Positions 10,553 through 19,609 of a stretch of DNA of 64,000 nt are shown piece by piece. The position numbers were made by a program, and so were the translations under genes. Source of the stretch: Planctomycetota bacterium (lineage in GTDB: Bacteria; Planctomycetota; UBA8108; SXIK01); assembly GCA_965223265.1 (NCBI GenBank), contig OZ244999.1, positions 4,800,001 to 4,864,000 on the forward strand. The letters are read 5' to 3'. Each line of letters opens with the position of its first letter. Within the stretch, counting starts at the first letter, position 1. The notes beneath the pieces are model-generated. The model saw only the letters and a list, made by a program, of their open reading frames with translations, had not been told where the DNA came from and did no database searches.

Positions 10553-10584
10553 AGACACCGCAACCTTGAATCGGAGCCTTCCCC

Positions 10585-11619
10585 ATGACGAATGACTGGA
10601 TCGAGATCGACGGCGCCGCAGGCGAAGGCGGCGGACAGATCCTCCGCTCGTCGCTCGCCCTCTCGCTCGTGAGCCAGCGCCCGCTGCGTCTCGACCGCAT
10701 TCGCGCTGGCCGCAAGAAGCCAGGGCTTCTCCGTCAGCACCTCACCGCGGTGCGGGCCGCGGCCGAAGTTGGCGATGCAACGGTCGAGGGAGCCGACCTC
10801 GGCTCTCGGCACCTGACCTTTCGCCCACGAACGGTCTCTGCGGGTGAGTTTCACTTCGCCGTCGGCACGGCCGGCAGCGCCACTCTCGTGCTCCAGACAG
10901 TCCTGCCCGCGCTCCTCACCGCGCCGGGGCCCTCGCATCTCACGCTCGAAGGGGGCACGCACAATCCGTTCGCCCCACCGTTCAACTTTCTTGATCGTGC
11001 ATTCTTGCCGCTCGTTCGTCGGCTCGGCCCTCGCGTCGATGCGGTCCTGGAACGCCCAGGGTTCTATCCAGCTGGTGGTGGACGCTTCCAGGTCACGATC
11101 GAGCCGGTCAAGCAACTGGGTGGCTTCGAACTCCTTGAGCGCGGCGCCGACGGCCGTCGTGTGGCGCGCGCGATATTCTCGAACCTGCCCCAGAGCATCG
11201 CTCAGCGCGAGCTAAAGGTTGTGAGCGACCGGCTCGGGTGGACAGGTGACGCTCTGCGGCGTGAAGAAATCACCAACGCGGAAGGCGTAGGCAACGTCCT
11301 GACCCTCGAAATCGAATCGGAGCACATCACGGAAGTTTTCACCGGCTTTGGCCAGCGCTCCGTGCCGGCGGAAGGTGTGGCCAGGCAGGCGATCTCGGAA
11401 GCACAGAACTACCTCAAGAGCCCTGCGCCTGTCGGCCCCTACCTTGCCGACCAGCTGCTCCTGCCACTGGCGCTGGCTCAGGGTGGAACGTTCCGAACGC
11501 AAGCGGTGACGCAGCACACGAAAACCAACGCGCAGGTCATCGAACGAGTGCTCCCGGTGGCGATCGAAATCACACGCGCCGCCCGCGACGATCACGTGGT
11601 TTCGATTCGGCCGCTGTAG
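10585..11619 (+). CDS. rtcA: RNA 3'-terminal phosphate cyclase
   Basis: IDGAAGEGGGQILRSSL, RKKPGLLRQHL, GTAGSATLVLQT, GGTHNPFAPP, GFYPAGGG, LADQLLLPLALA, TQHTKTN. Confidence 0.95.
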   Translation: MTNDWIEIDGAAGEGGGQILRSSLALSLVSQRPLRLDRIRAGRKKPGLLRQHLTAVRAAAEVGDATVEGADLGSRHLTFRPRTVSAGEFHFAVGTAGSATLVLQTVLPALLTAPGPSHLTLEGGTHNPFAPPFNFLDRAFLPLVRRLGPRVDAVLERPGFYPAGGGRFQVTIEPVKQLGGFELLERGADGRRVARAIFSNLPQSIAQRELKVVSDRLGWTGDALRREEITNAEGVGNVLTLEIESEHITEVFTGFGQRSVPAEGVARQAISEAQNYLKSPAPVGPYLADQLLLPLALAQGGTFRTQAVTQHTKTNAQVIERVLPVAIEITRAARDDHVVSIRPL

Positions 11620-11704
11620 CGCAAGAGCTCACTTGGGTCCAACGCGCGAGATCAAACGTCCAACAGAACAGACAGAAAAGCGTTCAAATAGAAAGAGTGG
11701 AAAC

Positions 11705-13102
11705 ATGAAGAAGCGAGAACTGGTCAACCTGGGAATCCCGAAGGGTGAGTCGACCCGACTCGCCGGGCTGGCGGTGCAGGCAGCGCTGGAGAGCGGCATG
11801 AACAACGACGCGATCCGCAGTCAGCTGCAGTCACTGGTGGAGGATTCCGCATCCTTTCTCCAGCACGAGATCTTCGGCGATCTTGCCGCGGCACTAACTG
11901 AACATCGTCGCCTGCAGGACCTCTATGTGCCGCGCGAAGAGCCGGCCCCGTATCGCCAGTGGGGTACGGATCTTGAAGAGCAGTCGGTGCGCCAGATGGA
12001 AAACGCCTGCAAGCTTCCGGTCTCGGTGCGCGGTGCGCTCATGCCCGATGCCCACCTTGGCTACGGCCTGCCGATCGGCGGAGTCCTGGCGACACGCGGC
12101 GCGGTGATCCCGTACGCGGTGGGCGTTGACATCGCTTGCCGTATGAAGATGACCGTGCTCGACCTGCCAACCGACGCACTCGAGAAGCAGCATGAGCGGC
12201 TCCGTAGCGCACTGACGCGCGAGACCCAGTTCGGCATCGGCGCCAAGTTCAAACGGCGACGCCAGCACGAAGTGCTCGACGAAGACTGGGGCGTTACGGA
12301 CGTGACACGGCAGCTCAAGGACAGGGCTTGGTCGCAGCTCGGAACGAGCGGCAGCGGCAACCACTTTGTTGAGTTCGGAACGCTCGAGGTGCACAACGAG
12401 GCTTGCGGCATCGAGGCCGGCGTTTACCTGGCGCTCTTGAGTCACAGCGGTAGCCGAGGCGCCGGCGCGACGGTCGCGGGCCACTACAGCCGCATCGCGA
12501 TGGACCTCCACCCGGAGCTGCCGCGCGAACTAGGCCATCTGTCGTGGCTCGATCTCGACTCCGAGGCGGGCCAGGAGTACTGGCACGCCATGGAGCTCAT
12601 GGGCAAGTACGCGGCAGCCAACCACGCCTGCATCCACGAAGCCATCGCCGACCATCTGGGCGTCGACGTCCACCTCGACATCGAGAACCACCACAACTTC
12701 GCGTGGAAGGAAGAGCACGATGGCGAAGAGGTCATCGTCCATCGCAAGGGAGCGACTCCCGCGGGCGACGGCGTGCTGGGAATCATTCCAGGCTCGATGG
12801 CATCGCCAGCCTATGTCGTGCGCGGCAAAGGCAACCCGGCATCACTCAACTCGGCATCCCACGGCGCCGGACGTGTCATGAGTCGAACGGAGGCGAAAAA
12901 AACGCTCAAGTGGAAAGACGCGCAGCGGTTGCTCGCCGAGCGCCGCGTTTCGCTCCTGTCGGCTGGGCTCGACGAGGTACCGATGGTCTACAAAAACATC
13001 GATGAGGTCATGGCAGCGCAGGACGACTTGGTCGAACCGCTGGCGCAGTTCCAGCCACGCCTCGTGCGCATGGCGCCAGCGGGCGAACGGCCGGAGGATT
13101 GA
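11705..13102 (+). CDS. rtcB: RNA-splicing/repair ligase RtcB
   Basis: MPDAHLGYGLPIGGV, VGVDIAC, QLGTSGSGNHFVE, HSGSRG, NHHN, VHRKGATPA, IPGSM, SASHGAGR, DEVPMVYK. Confidence 0.95.
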   Translation: MKKRELVNLGIPKGESTRLAGLAVQAALESGMNNDAIRSQLQSLVEDSASFLQHEIFGDLAAALTEHRRLQDLYVPREEPAPYRQWGTDLEEQSVRQMENACKLPVSVRGALMPDAHLGYGLPIGGVLATRGAVIPYAVGVDIACRMKMTVLDLPTDALEKQHERLRSALTRETQFGIGAKFKRRRQHEVLDEDWGVTDVTRQLKDRAWSQLGTSGSGNHFVEFGTLEVHNEACGIEAGVYLALLSHSGSRGAGATVAGHYSRIAMDLHPELPRELGHLSWLDLDSEAGQEYWHAMELMGKYAAANHACIHEAIADHLGVDVHLDIENHHNFAWKEEHDGEEVIVHRKGATPAGDGVLGIIPGSMASPAYVVRGKGNPASLNSASHGAGRVMSRTEAKKTLKWKDAQRLLAERRVSLLSAGLDEVPMVYKNIDEVMAAQDDLVEPLAQFQPRLVRMAPAGERPED

Positions 13103-13109
13103 CGGGCGT

Positions 13110-13176
13110 CAGGCACACTCCCGTGGCCGTCCGGTCTTTACTCAGTCTACCTCACGCGGAGTATGCCTGCTACTTT
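13110..13176. repeat. Degenerate inverted pair of the GTAG-type REP element
   Basis: CAGGCACACTCCCGTG-GCCGTCCGGTCTT and CACGCGGAGTATGCCTGCTACTTT match the array unit at 55450-56050. Confidence 0.75.
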
Positions 13177-13303
13177 GCTCGAACCGGCGACGCATCGATC
13201 GTTCGTCGCGACCGGCGCGCCAAATTGCCCTTGGTGTCGACAAGCACAATTTGCTATAGGTTCGGAGAAATACCCCTCCGATGGCGACAGGAATGGTGAA
13301 GAG

Positions 13304-16003
13304 ATGCGATCCACTATACGAAAAGAAGAAGAGCTGAAGCTTTACGACCGACTCTCCCGATTGACGTATCGCCAAGCCTGCGCACTCTGCGGCGAGAATG
13401 GCGATCGTCTGATCGCGGCCGGCGGTAAATACCACATCGATCTCGACGAACAAGTCTACCTGCGTGGCGACCTTTTTCGAGTCAACGTCTCCGATGCGAT
13501 CGTCACGGTGACCACGATGGCGAGCCAGCGCCATCGCCTAAAGTGGAACTGTTCGACATGCGATCGAGCCTGTGAGCACCTCGGAGCGGCGCTCTCGCTG
13601 ATCCTTGAAGAAAAAACAACTCTCGGACTCGCCGCACCGCCGGAGGAGTCTATCCCGACGGAACTATTGAGCGCACAGGAGCTCATCGACACCGAGTTGA
13701 AGGCACGAGACGAACGCTCACGAAGAGAGCGGATGCGAGTGAAGTCGACGCAACCGCGCGTTCTTTGGACTGATTATCTTGTGACCAACCCCGCTTCCGG
13801 CAAGACTTACCGCGTAGCTCTCCGCGGCTGGGAGCCTGGAGAGTCTTTCTGCTCGTGCCCTGACTTCCGTGTGAACACTCTTGGCACTTGCAAACACATC
13901 ATGAGAGTGATGCGAACCGCGCGGCGCAAATTCTCGCCCGCGACATGCCGCAGGGCGTACGCTCAAAGGGAACTGGCAGTTCACCTGCGATACGCTGAGG
14001 ATCTCGAACTGCGCCTTCTCGTCCCGGACGACCTCGGCGCCGCGCCTCAAAGGATCGTCCGGCCATTCGCCGATCGGGCGATTTCGAACGTGCGCAAGTT
14101 AACGTCTTGCATACGTCAACTGGCAGCCCTCGGCGTCGATGTGACCGTGTATCCCGATGCCGAAGAGTGGATCCAGTTTCGATTGATGCAGGAGCGCATT
14201 GGATCAAAGGTGAAGGAGATCCGTCAGGACCCGAAGCGACACCCACTGCGCCATGAACTGCTCAAAGTCGAGCTTCTCCCGTACCAGCTCGACGGCATCG
14301 CGTTCGCCGCTGGGGCTGGGCGAGCCATCTTAGCCGACGACATGGGGCTCGGAAAGACCATTCAAGGCGTCGGTGTCGCCGAGTTTCTCGCGCGCGAAGT
14401 GAGGATCGCGAAGGTCCTCGTCATCTGCCCAGCATCGCTGAAAGCACAGTGGCAAGGCGAGATCGGACGTTTTTCGGATCGAGACTGTCAAGTCGTCCTC
14501 GGCAGCGTAGCGGCGCGCGCCAGGCAATACGAAAACGATCGATTCTTCACCGTCTGCAACTACGAGCAAGTTCTTCGAGACGTTCTTGCGATCGAGCGAG
14601 TCAAGTGGGATCTGATCATTCTTGACGAAGGTCAGAGGATCAAGAACTGGGAAGCCAAGACGAGCCGCGTTGTCAAAGGACTCAAGGCACCTTTCGCGCT
14701 CGTTCTCTCTGGGACGCCGCTCGAGAACCGGCTTGACGACCTCTATTCGATTGTGCAGTTCGTCGATGATCGAAGCCTCGGACCAGCCTTTCGTTTCTTC
14801 CACCGCCATCGAGTCGTCAATGAGACTGGGCGTGTCCTTGGCTACCGCAACCTGCGTGAAGTGCGTGAACGCCTGCAGCCAGTATTCCTCCGCCGTACAC
14901 GCGACGAAGTGATGAAGGACTTGCCACCGAGGATGACGGAGATCATCCGCATCACTCCCACCGCCGAGCAGCAAGACCTCCACGACGCACAGGCTCGCAT
15001 CATCAGCAGCATCGTCAACAAGTCGTACATCAGCGAGATGGACCTACTGCGCTTACAGAAGGCGCTGCTGATCTGTCGTATGGCTGCCGACAGCACCTTC
15101 TTGGTTGACAAAGACGCGCCAGGCTTCTCGTCAAAGCTCGACGAGCTCGACGAGCTATTTGGACGCTTGGGGCAGGACCCTAAGCGGAAGGCCGTGCTCT
15201 TTTCTGAATGGACGACCATGCTCGACCTCATCGAGCCGCTCGCCGAAAAGCATGGCCTCGACTTCGTTCGCCTCGACGGCTCAGTGCCGCAGAGGAAGCG
15301 CCAACAACTGGTGCACAGATTCAGCAAGGATGCGGCGTGCCGCTTGTTCCTGACGACGAATGCAGGGTCCACTGGACTCAATCTGCAAGCGGCAGACACG
15401 GTGATCAACGTCGACCTACCGTGGAACCCCGCAGTGCTGGAACAGCGGATCGGCCGTGCTCACCGTATGGGGCAAAAGCAACCCGTTCAGGTCTTCATCT
15501 TGGTCACCGTCGAGACCATCGAAGAGAACATGCTCGCGACTCTGTCGGCGAAGCACTCACTGGCGCTCGCCGCTCTCGACGTCGACTCGGAGGTGGACGA
15601 GATCGATCTCATCAGTGGCGTCGAGGAACTCAAGCGGCGGCTGGAAGTCTTGCTCGGCGCGCGACCTGAAGCCCCTCCGGAAGTGAGATCAAAGACGTCA
15701 TCGACAGCCGAGGCGGATCGACTCGCCCGTCAGGAAAAGGTGGCAGCCGCGGGCGGCGAACTACTCAGCGCGGCGTTCTCGTTTCTCAGCGAGCTGATTC
15801 CATCCTCAAAGAAAGACGCGACGACGACTCAAGACCAGGAGACGCGCCACCTCGCTGCGGCGGTCAAAGCCAGCCTGTCCGACGCTGTTGAGAAAGACGA
15901 CCAGGGACGCCTTCATCTCAAGGTCACCTTGGCGGACTCAGGCGCGCTGGACTCGCTCGCGGAGTCACTGGCGCGGCTGATGGCGCAACGCGGGGAAAAG
16001 TAA
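13304..16003 (+). CDS. SNF2-family helicase/ATPase with N-terminal SWIM zinc fingers
   Basis: CSTC..CEH and CSCPDF...TCKH SWIM motifs; LLPYQ, LADDMGLGKT, ILDEGQRIKN, LSGTPLEN, FLRRTR, GLNLQAA, QRIGRAHRMGQ. Confidence 0.9.
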   Translation: MRSTIRKEEELKLYDRLSRLTYRQACALCGENGDRLIAAGGKYHIDLDEQVYLRGDLFRVNVSDAIVTVTTMASQRHRLKWNCSTCDRACEHLGAALSLILEEKTTLGLAAPPEESIPTELLSAQELIDTELKARDERSRRERMRVKSTQPRVLWTDYLVTNPASGKTYRVALRGWEPGESFCSCPDFRVNTLGTCKHIMRVMRTARRKFSPATCRRAYAQRELAVHLRYAEDLELRLLVPDDLGAAPQRIVRPFADRAISNVRKLTSCIRQLAALGVDVTVYPDAEEWIQFRLMQERIGSKVKEIRQDPKRHPLRHELLKVELLPYQLDGIAFAAGAGRAILADDMGLGKTIQGVGVAEFLAREVRIAKVLVICPASLKAQWQGEIGRFSDRDCQVVLGSVAARARQYENDRFFTVCNYEQVLRDVLAIERVKWDLIILDEGQRIKNWEAKTSRVVKGLKAPFALVLSGTPLENRLDDLYSIVQFVDDRSLGPAFRFFHRHRVVNETGRVLGYRNLREVRERLQPVFLRRTRDEVMKDLPPRMTEIIRITPTAEQQDLHDAQARIISSIVNKSYISEMDLLRLQKALLICRMAADSTFLVDKDAPGFSSKLDELDELFGRLGQDPKRKAVLFSEWTTMLDLIEPLAEKHGLDFVRLDGSVPQRKRQQLVHRFSKDAACRLFLTTNAGSTGLNLQAADTVINVDLPWNPAVLEQRIGRAHRMGQKQPVQVFILVTVETIEENMLATLSAKHSLALAALDVDSEVDEIDLISGVEELKRRLEVLLGARPEAPPEVRSKTSSTAEADRLARQEKVAAAGGELLSAAFSFLSELIPSSKKDATTTQDQETRHLAAAVKASLSDAVEKDDQGRLHLKVTLADSGALDSLAESLARLMAQRGEK

Positions 16004-16427
16004 ACCGCGGCGAAGCCGGGCCGCCAAATGCCTTCACTTTGGGCACCAGCACAGAGGACCGCGTCCAGCCAAGTTCAGGGCCAGCGGTCTCCAACGAGAG
16101 TGAACCACGCGCGATGTCGTTTGCCCATCGAACTGGACGTGAGCTGCGTGATTCTACCGGCATGTCACGGCATATGCCTCCCAGTAGCAGCTCTGGTGGC
16201 CTTGTCGAAACGCGCGGCAAGGCCTGCGTCTATTCGCAGTCCAACTTTTGGACGCGAGCGACGGAGAGATTGATGGTCACATCAGACTCATACACGTCAG
16301 CGATGATAGACTTCTATGGCCACGACTGCCAATGACGCGGCCGGCTGCGGCATCGACTTGCGCAGTGACGTGAGAGCCGTTAGAGAGTGCCGCTAACGTA
16401 CCGTCGCCCCCCTGACAGGAGTCACCG

Positions 16428-17081
16428 ATGCGCCACCCCTACTCAATCTCATTGATCTCTATGTTCGTCCTCGTTTTCGCCGGCGACGGAGTCGCCGCGG
16501 ACGGAAAGACGATTCCACGGAAGCTCATCGACAAGAACGAAGTCGACGAGGTGAGGGCGGCCATTCGCAGGGGAGCGGACGTGAACGCTGCTTACGATGA
16601 CAACGGTCTCAACGCGCTTCACATAGCAACCGCGATGCGAGCCCACGATGTCCTCGAGGTGCTCCTCAAGCACAAGGCGAATCCGAATGCCGCCAGCACA
16701 GTCGGCTGGACGCCGCTCATGAACACCGCGCTGAGCAACAGTCCCCGCATGGCGGCGACGCTCATCAAGCACGGCGCCAAAGTCAACCAACAGGACAAAA
16801 GCGGCAGTACGGCACTGTCGTACGCGGCGCACCTCAACTTCACAAAGGTAGCGCAGCTCCTCCTATCGCAGCGCGCCAAGGTCAACGTCGCCGACAAAAA
16901 TGGCGAGACCCCGCTCTGGAAGGCTGCGGCGCGCGGCAACGTCGAAGTGCTCCAGGTGCTTGTGAAGCACCGAGCCAACGTCAACGTCAAGGACAAGAAC
17001 GGCCGCTCCGCGCTCGCCGTCGCGAAAGAGAAAAAGCACGACAAGGCGATCGCGTTCTTGAAACGACACGGCGCGCGTTGA
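16428..17081 (+). CDS. Secreted ankyrin-repeat protein
   Basis: Signal peptide followed by about five ankyrin repeats (GLNALHIA, GWTPLMNTA, GSTALSYAA, GETPLWKAA, GRSALAVA). Confidence 0.9.
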   Translation: MRHPYSISLISMFVLVFAGDGVAADGKTIPRKLIDKNEVDEVRAAIRRGADVNAAYDDNGLNALHIATAMRAHDVLEVLLKHKANPNAASTVGWTPLMNTALSNSPRMAATLIKHGAKVNQQDKSGSTALSYAAHLNFTKVAQLLLSQRAKVNVADKNGETPLWKAAARGNVEVLQVLVKHRANVNVKDKNGRSALAVAKEKKHDKAIAFLKRHGAR

Positions 17082-17358
17082 GACGAACCCATACCTGGCC
17101 TGCAGTGCCGTAAGGACTACGAAGCCCGCGGGCGAGCGGAGTTCAATCGCGCGACTCCTTCTCCAGCCGACGGCGCGGCTGCTCGACTGCCCGCTTCTTG
17201 TCGAGGATGCCGCGAATCTTGAAGGCGTTGACGTAGAACTTGGCGCGAGACTTCGCAGTCCGACCCAGCCGCTCGCGTCGGCGCGTTCCTCCGTCGTCCA
17301 CTCGACCTCGCCCCTGGAGCGAACGGCACTTCGACCAAGAAGTCAACTCCGGCCCTGA

Positions 17359-17802
17359 TCACGGTGCCCGCAGGCGCGTCGCGAGCTCACGAGCACTGAG
17401 GTGCGTATAGTCCTTGTCGATGCTGCGCTGAACCAGGCGGGCGACGGGATCAGAGATCTTCTTTCTGAGGAGCCCCAGAAAGTGAGGTGCCGCAGCAACG
17501 ACAAGCTCGCCAAAATCGCCGCGAGTGCGCCCCTTCGAGAGTAACTCTGCGATTTCCTGCGCGAACCGCATCGCCTCGACCTCCTTGGGGTCGGTAGGGC
17601 TTTCCATCCCCGGTTTCAGAGACGTGTTGCCGCTCTGCTGGACGCGGCCGACGCCATCGGTCACGAGGTCGCTCGTCTTGGCACGCGCCTCGGGTCGATC
17701 CAGCTCGTGTGCAAGCTTCCATGGCTTGTCCCAATCCGTGAGCGAAAAGATCCGGGCTCGACTCGCGTCGCAAACCAGTATCCAAGTCTCTGTTGCTTTC
17801 AT
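17359..17802 (-). CDS. Host-attachment (AtsE-like, baeRF-related) protein
   Basis: TWILVCDASRARIF, LVTDGVGR, FAQEIAELL, LVVAAAPHFLGLLR, IDKDYT motifs of the Host_attach family. Confidence 0.8.
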   Translation of the reverse strand: MKATETWILVCDASRARIFSLTDWDKPWKLAHELDRPEARAKTSDLVTDGVGRVQQSGNTSLKPGMESPTDPKEVEAMRFAQEIAELLSKGRTRGDFGELVVAAAPHFLGLLRKKISDPVARLVQRSIDKDYTHLSARELATRLRAP

Positions 17803-18408
17803 TCTTCTCTTTCTGCGACGGAGGTGTTCGTCGTCAGCAACTGGATCAACACTCGATCTCCTCGCGGCAAACGGACCGCAGAGCGTTTCGACGCGGTCCG
17901 CGAAGTCGGTGCTCATTCGGCATGCGATCCATTCTCAATCCGTCGTCACTTCGGGCGCGTCATGGGACTCAGGATGCCCCTCCGGGGGATGTGGTCGTGT
18001 GCCCGCATGCCGCTCCTCATGCTCGACAGGTTCGCCGCGCGGCGGTTCATGTCCCCGCGGGCGTTTCTTCTTTCTACGTTGCTTCGACTCGCCGCTCGGG
18101 CCCGAGCGGCTTCGGTTGGAATGGAGCATGACGCTGGACCACACGCCTTGGTTTTTCGACGCAAGCTTCTCGCTTTCCGCCTCGAGGACCCATCATTAGG
18201 TCCAAGCGAACCAACTTAGTAGCAAATACCACGCCGTCGAAACGGACGAACACGCACAGGAGAATCTCTCGAAGGCGGTGCACGGAACGTGAATTTTGCC
18301 CACTGGTGGGGAATTTCCAGCTCGCGGCCTGGGAGTCTCGCACTTGATGCGAGCGCTTCGCCGACCGAGGATAGCCGCTAAGATCCTTGGTCGAGGAGTC
18401 TTCTAACG

Positions 18409-19176
18409 ATGCACGACATTTCGAAGTTGTCCTCCGACAGCCCCATTACCTGGTTCGCCGCATCCGTCGCACTGCTGTCGCTTCTCAGTGGATGCGCTTT
18501 ATTCAAGCCAAACGTCACCTCTCTGTTCAGCGGTACCGATCTCTCCGGCTGGCGCGCGCTCGACGCCAAGAACGGCTCCACCGACGCATGGCTCACGGCG
18601 GGCAGCGTCACTCTCGATGAAAGCGCCGAGCGCAAACGCTTCGTCATCGAGCCCGGCGCCGGCCTGCTCGTCAACGGCCGCAGCGGCCGCACCGCGAATC
18701 TCGTCACCGAGCGCGAGTTCGGCGACCTGGAGGCACACATCGAATTCTGCTGCCCAAGCGATGCGAACTCCGGCATCTACGTCATGGGCATGTATGAGAT
18801 TCAGATCCGCGAGCGCTCGCACAAAGACGTACCCAAGCTCCAGATGCGTGACTGCGGCGGCATCTTCGGACGCTGGGTGGATGAAAAGTACGTTGACGGC
18901 CATCCGCCACTCGTCAAGGCAATGCGCGGACCTGGAGAGTGGCAAAGCTTCGACATCAAGTTCCGGGCGCCGCGCTTCGATGCGAACGGCACCAAGATCG
19001 AAAACGCGCGATTCGTCGAAGTACGTCTCAACGGTCAAGTCGTGCAGAAGGACGTTGAGCTCAAGGGTCCAACGCGCGGACACTTGCCAGGGGAGGAACG
19101 CGCCACCGGGCCGCTGTTGCTCCAAGGGGATCACGGCGCCATCGCGTTTCGCAATCTGTGGGTGCGCGAACTCTGA
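18409..19176 (+). CDS. DUF1080 (3-keto-disaccharide hydrolase family) lipoprotein
   Basis: LLSGC lipobox; LFSGTDLSGW, EFGDLEAHIEF, NSGIY, YEIQI, GEWQSFDI, LQGDHGAIAFRNLWV. Confidence 0.85.
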   Translation: MHDISKLSSDSPITWFAASVALLSLLSGCALFKPNVTSLFSGTDLSGWRALDAKNGSTDAWLTAGSVTLDESAERKRFVIEPGAGLLVNGRSGRTANLVTEREFGDLEAHIEFCCPSDANSGIYVMGMYEIQIRERSHKDVPKLQMRDCGGIFGRWVDEKYVDGHPPLVKAMRGPGEWQSFDIKFRAPRFDANGTKIENARFVEVRLNGQVVQKDVELKGPTRGHLPGEERATGPLLLQGDHGAIAFRNLWVREL

Positions 19177-19609
19177 CGAGTCTGTCCCAGAGACGACAGC
19201 ACGGGCTTTTGGCGCCGGCGCCGATGTCGCGATGGCCGGCCTTCAAGGCTCTCGAACGCAGGAAGAATCGGCTCCACTCCTCGCACGGCCGCTGCTCGGC
19301 GCTTGAGTCCTCTGACTCGCTTTCCGCATCTGCCCCCCGTTCGCCACCACATTGTCCTTGCCAACGAACAGGACACTCAACATCATATGCGCGCACGAGG
19401 AAGTAAGGAACCGAGCTTCGAGAGGCGTGGGCTAACCTAACAGCCCGAGATCGCTTCGAGGAGCTCTCATTCGCACGGCCTGACGAGTCGGCTTCAGTTC
19501 CCAGCGCAACTCGACCGCAAGCGCGCGCTCGCACGCCGTTCGGTTCTACGCGGGTAGCTGGTTGCCTCTGGATGGCCAGACGTTCAGCGCTTCGAGGCGG
19601 AGGAAAAGC

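Noticed and set aside
17117-18343. Small ORFs flanking the host-attachment gene (17143-17346, 17935-18144, 17946-18164)
   Set aside because: No recognisable motifs and several competing frames; none can be supported.
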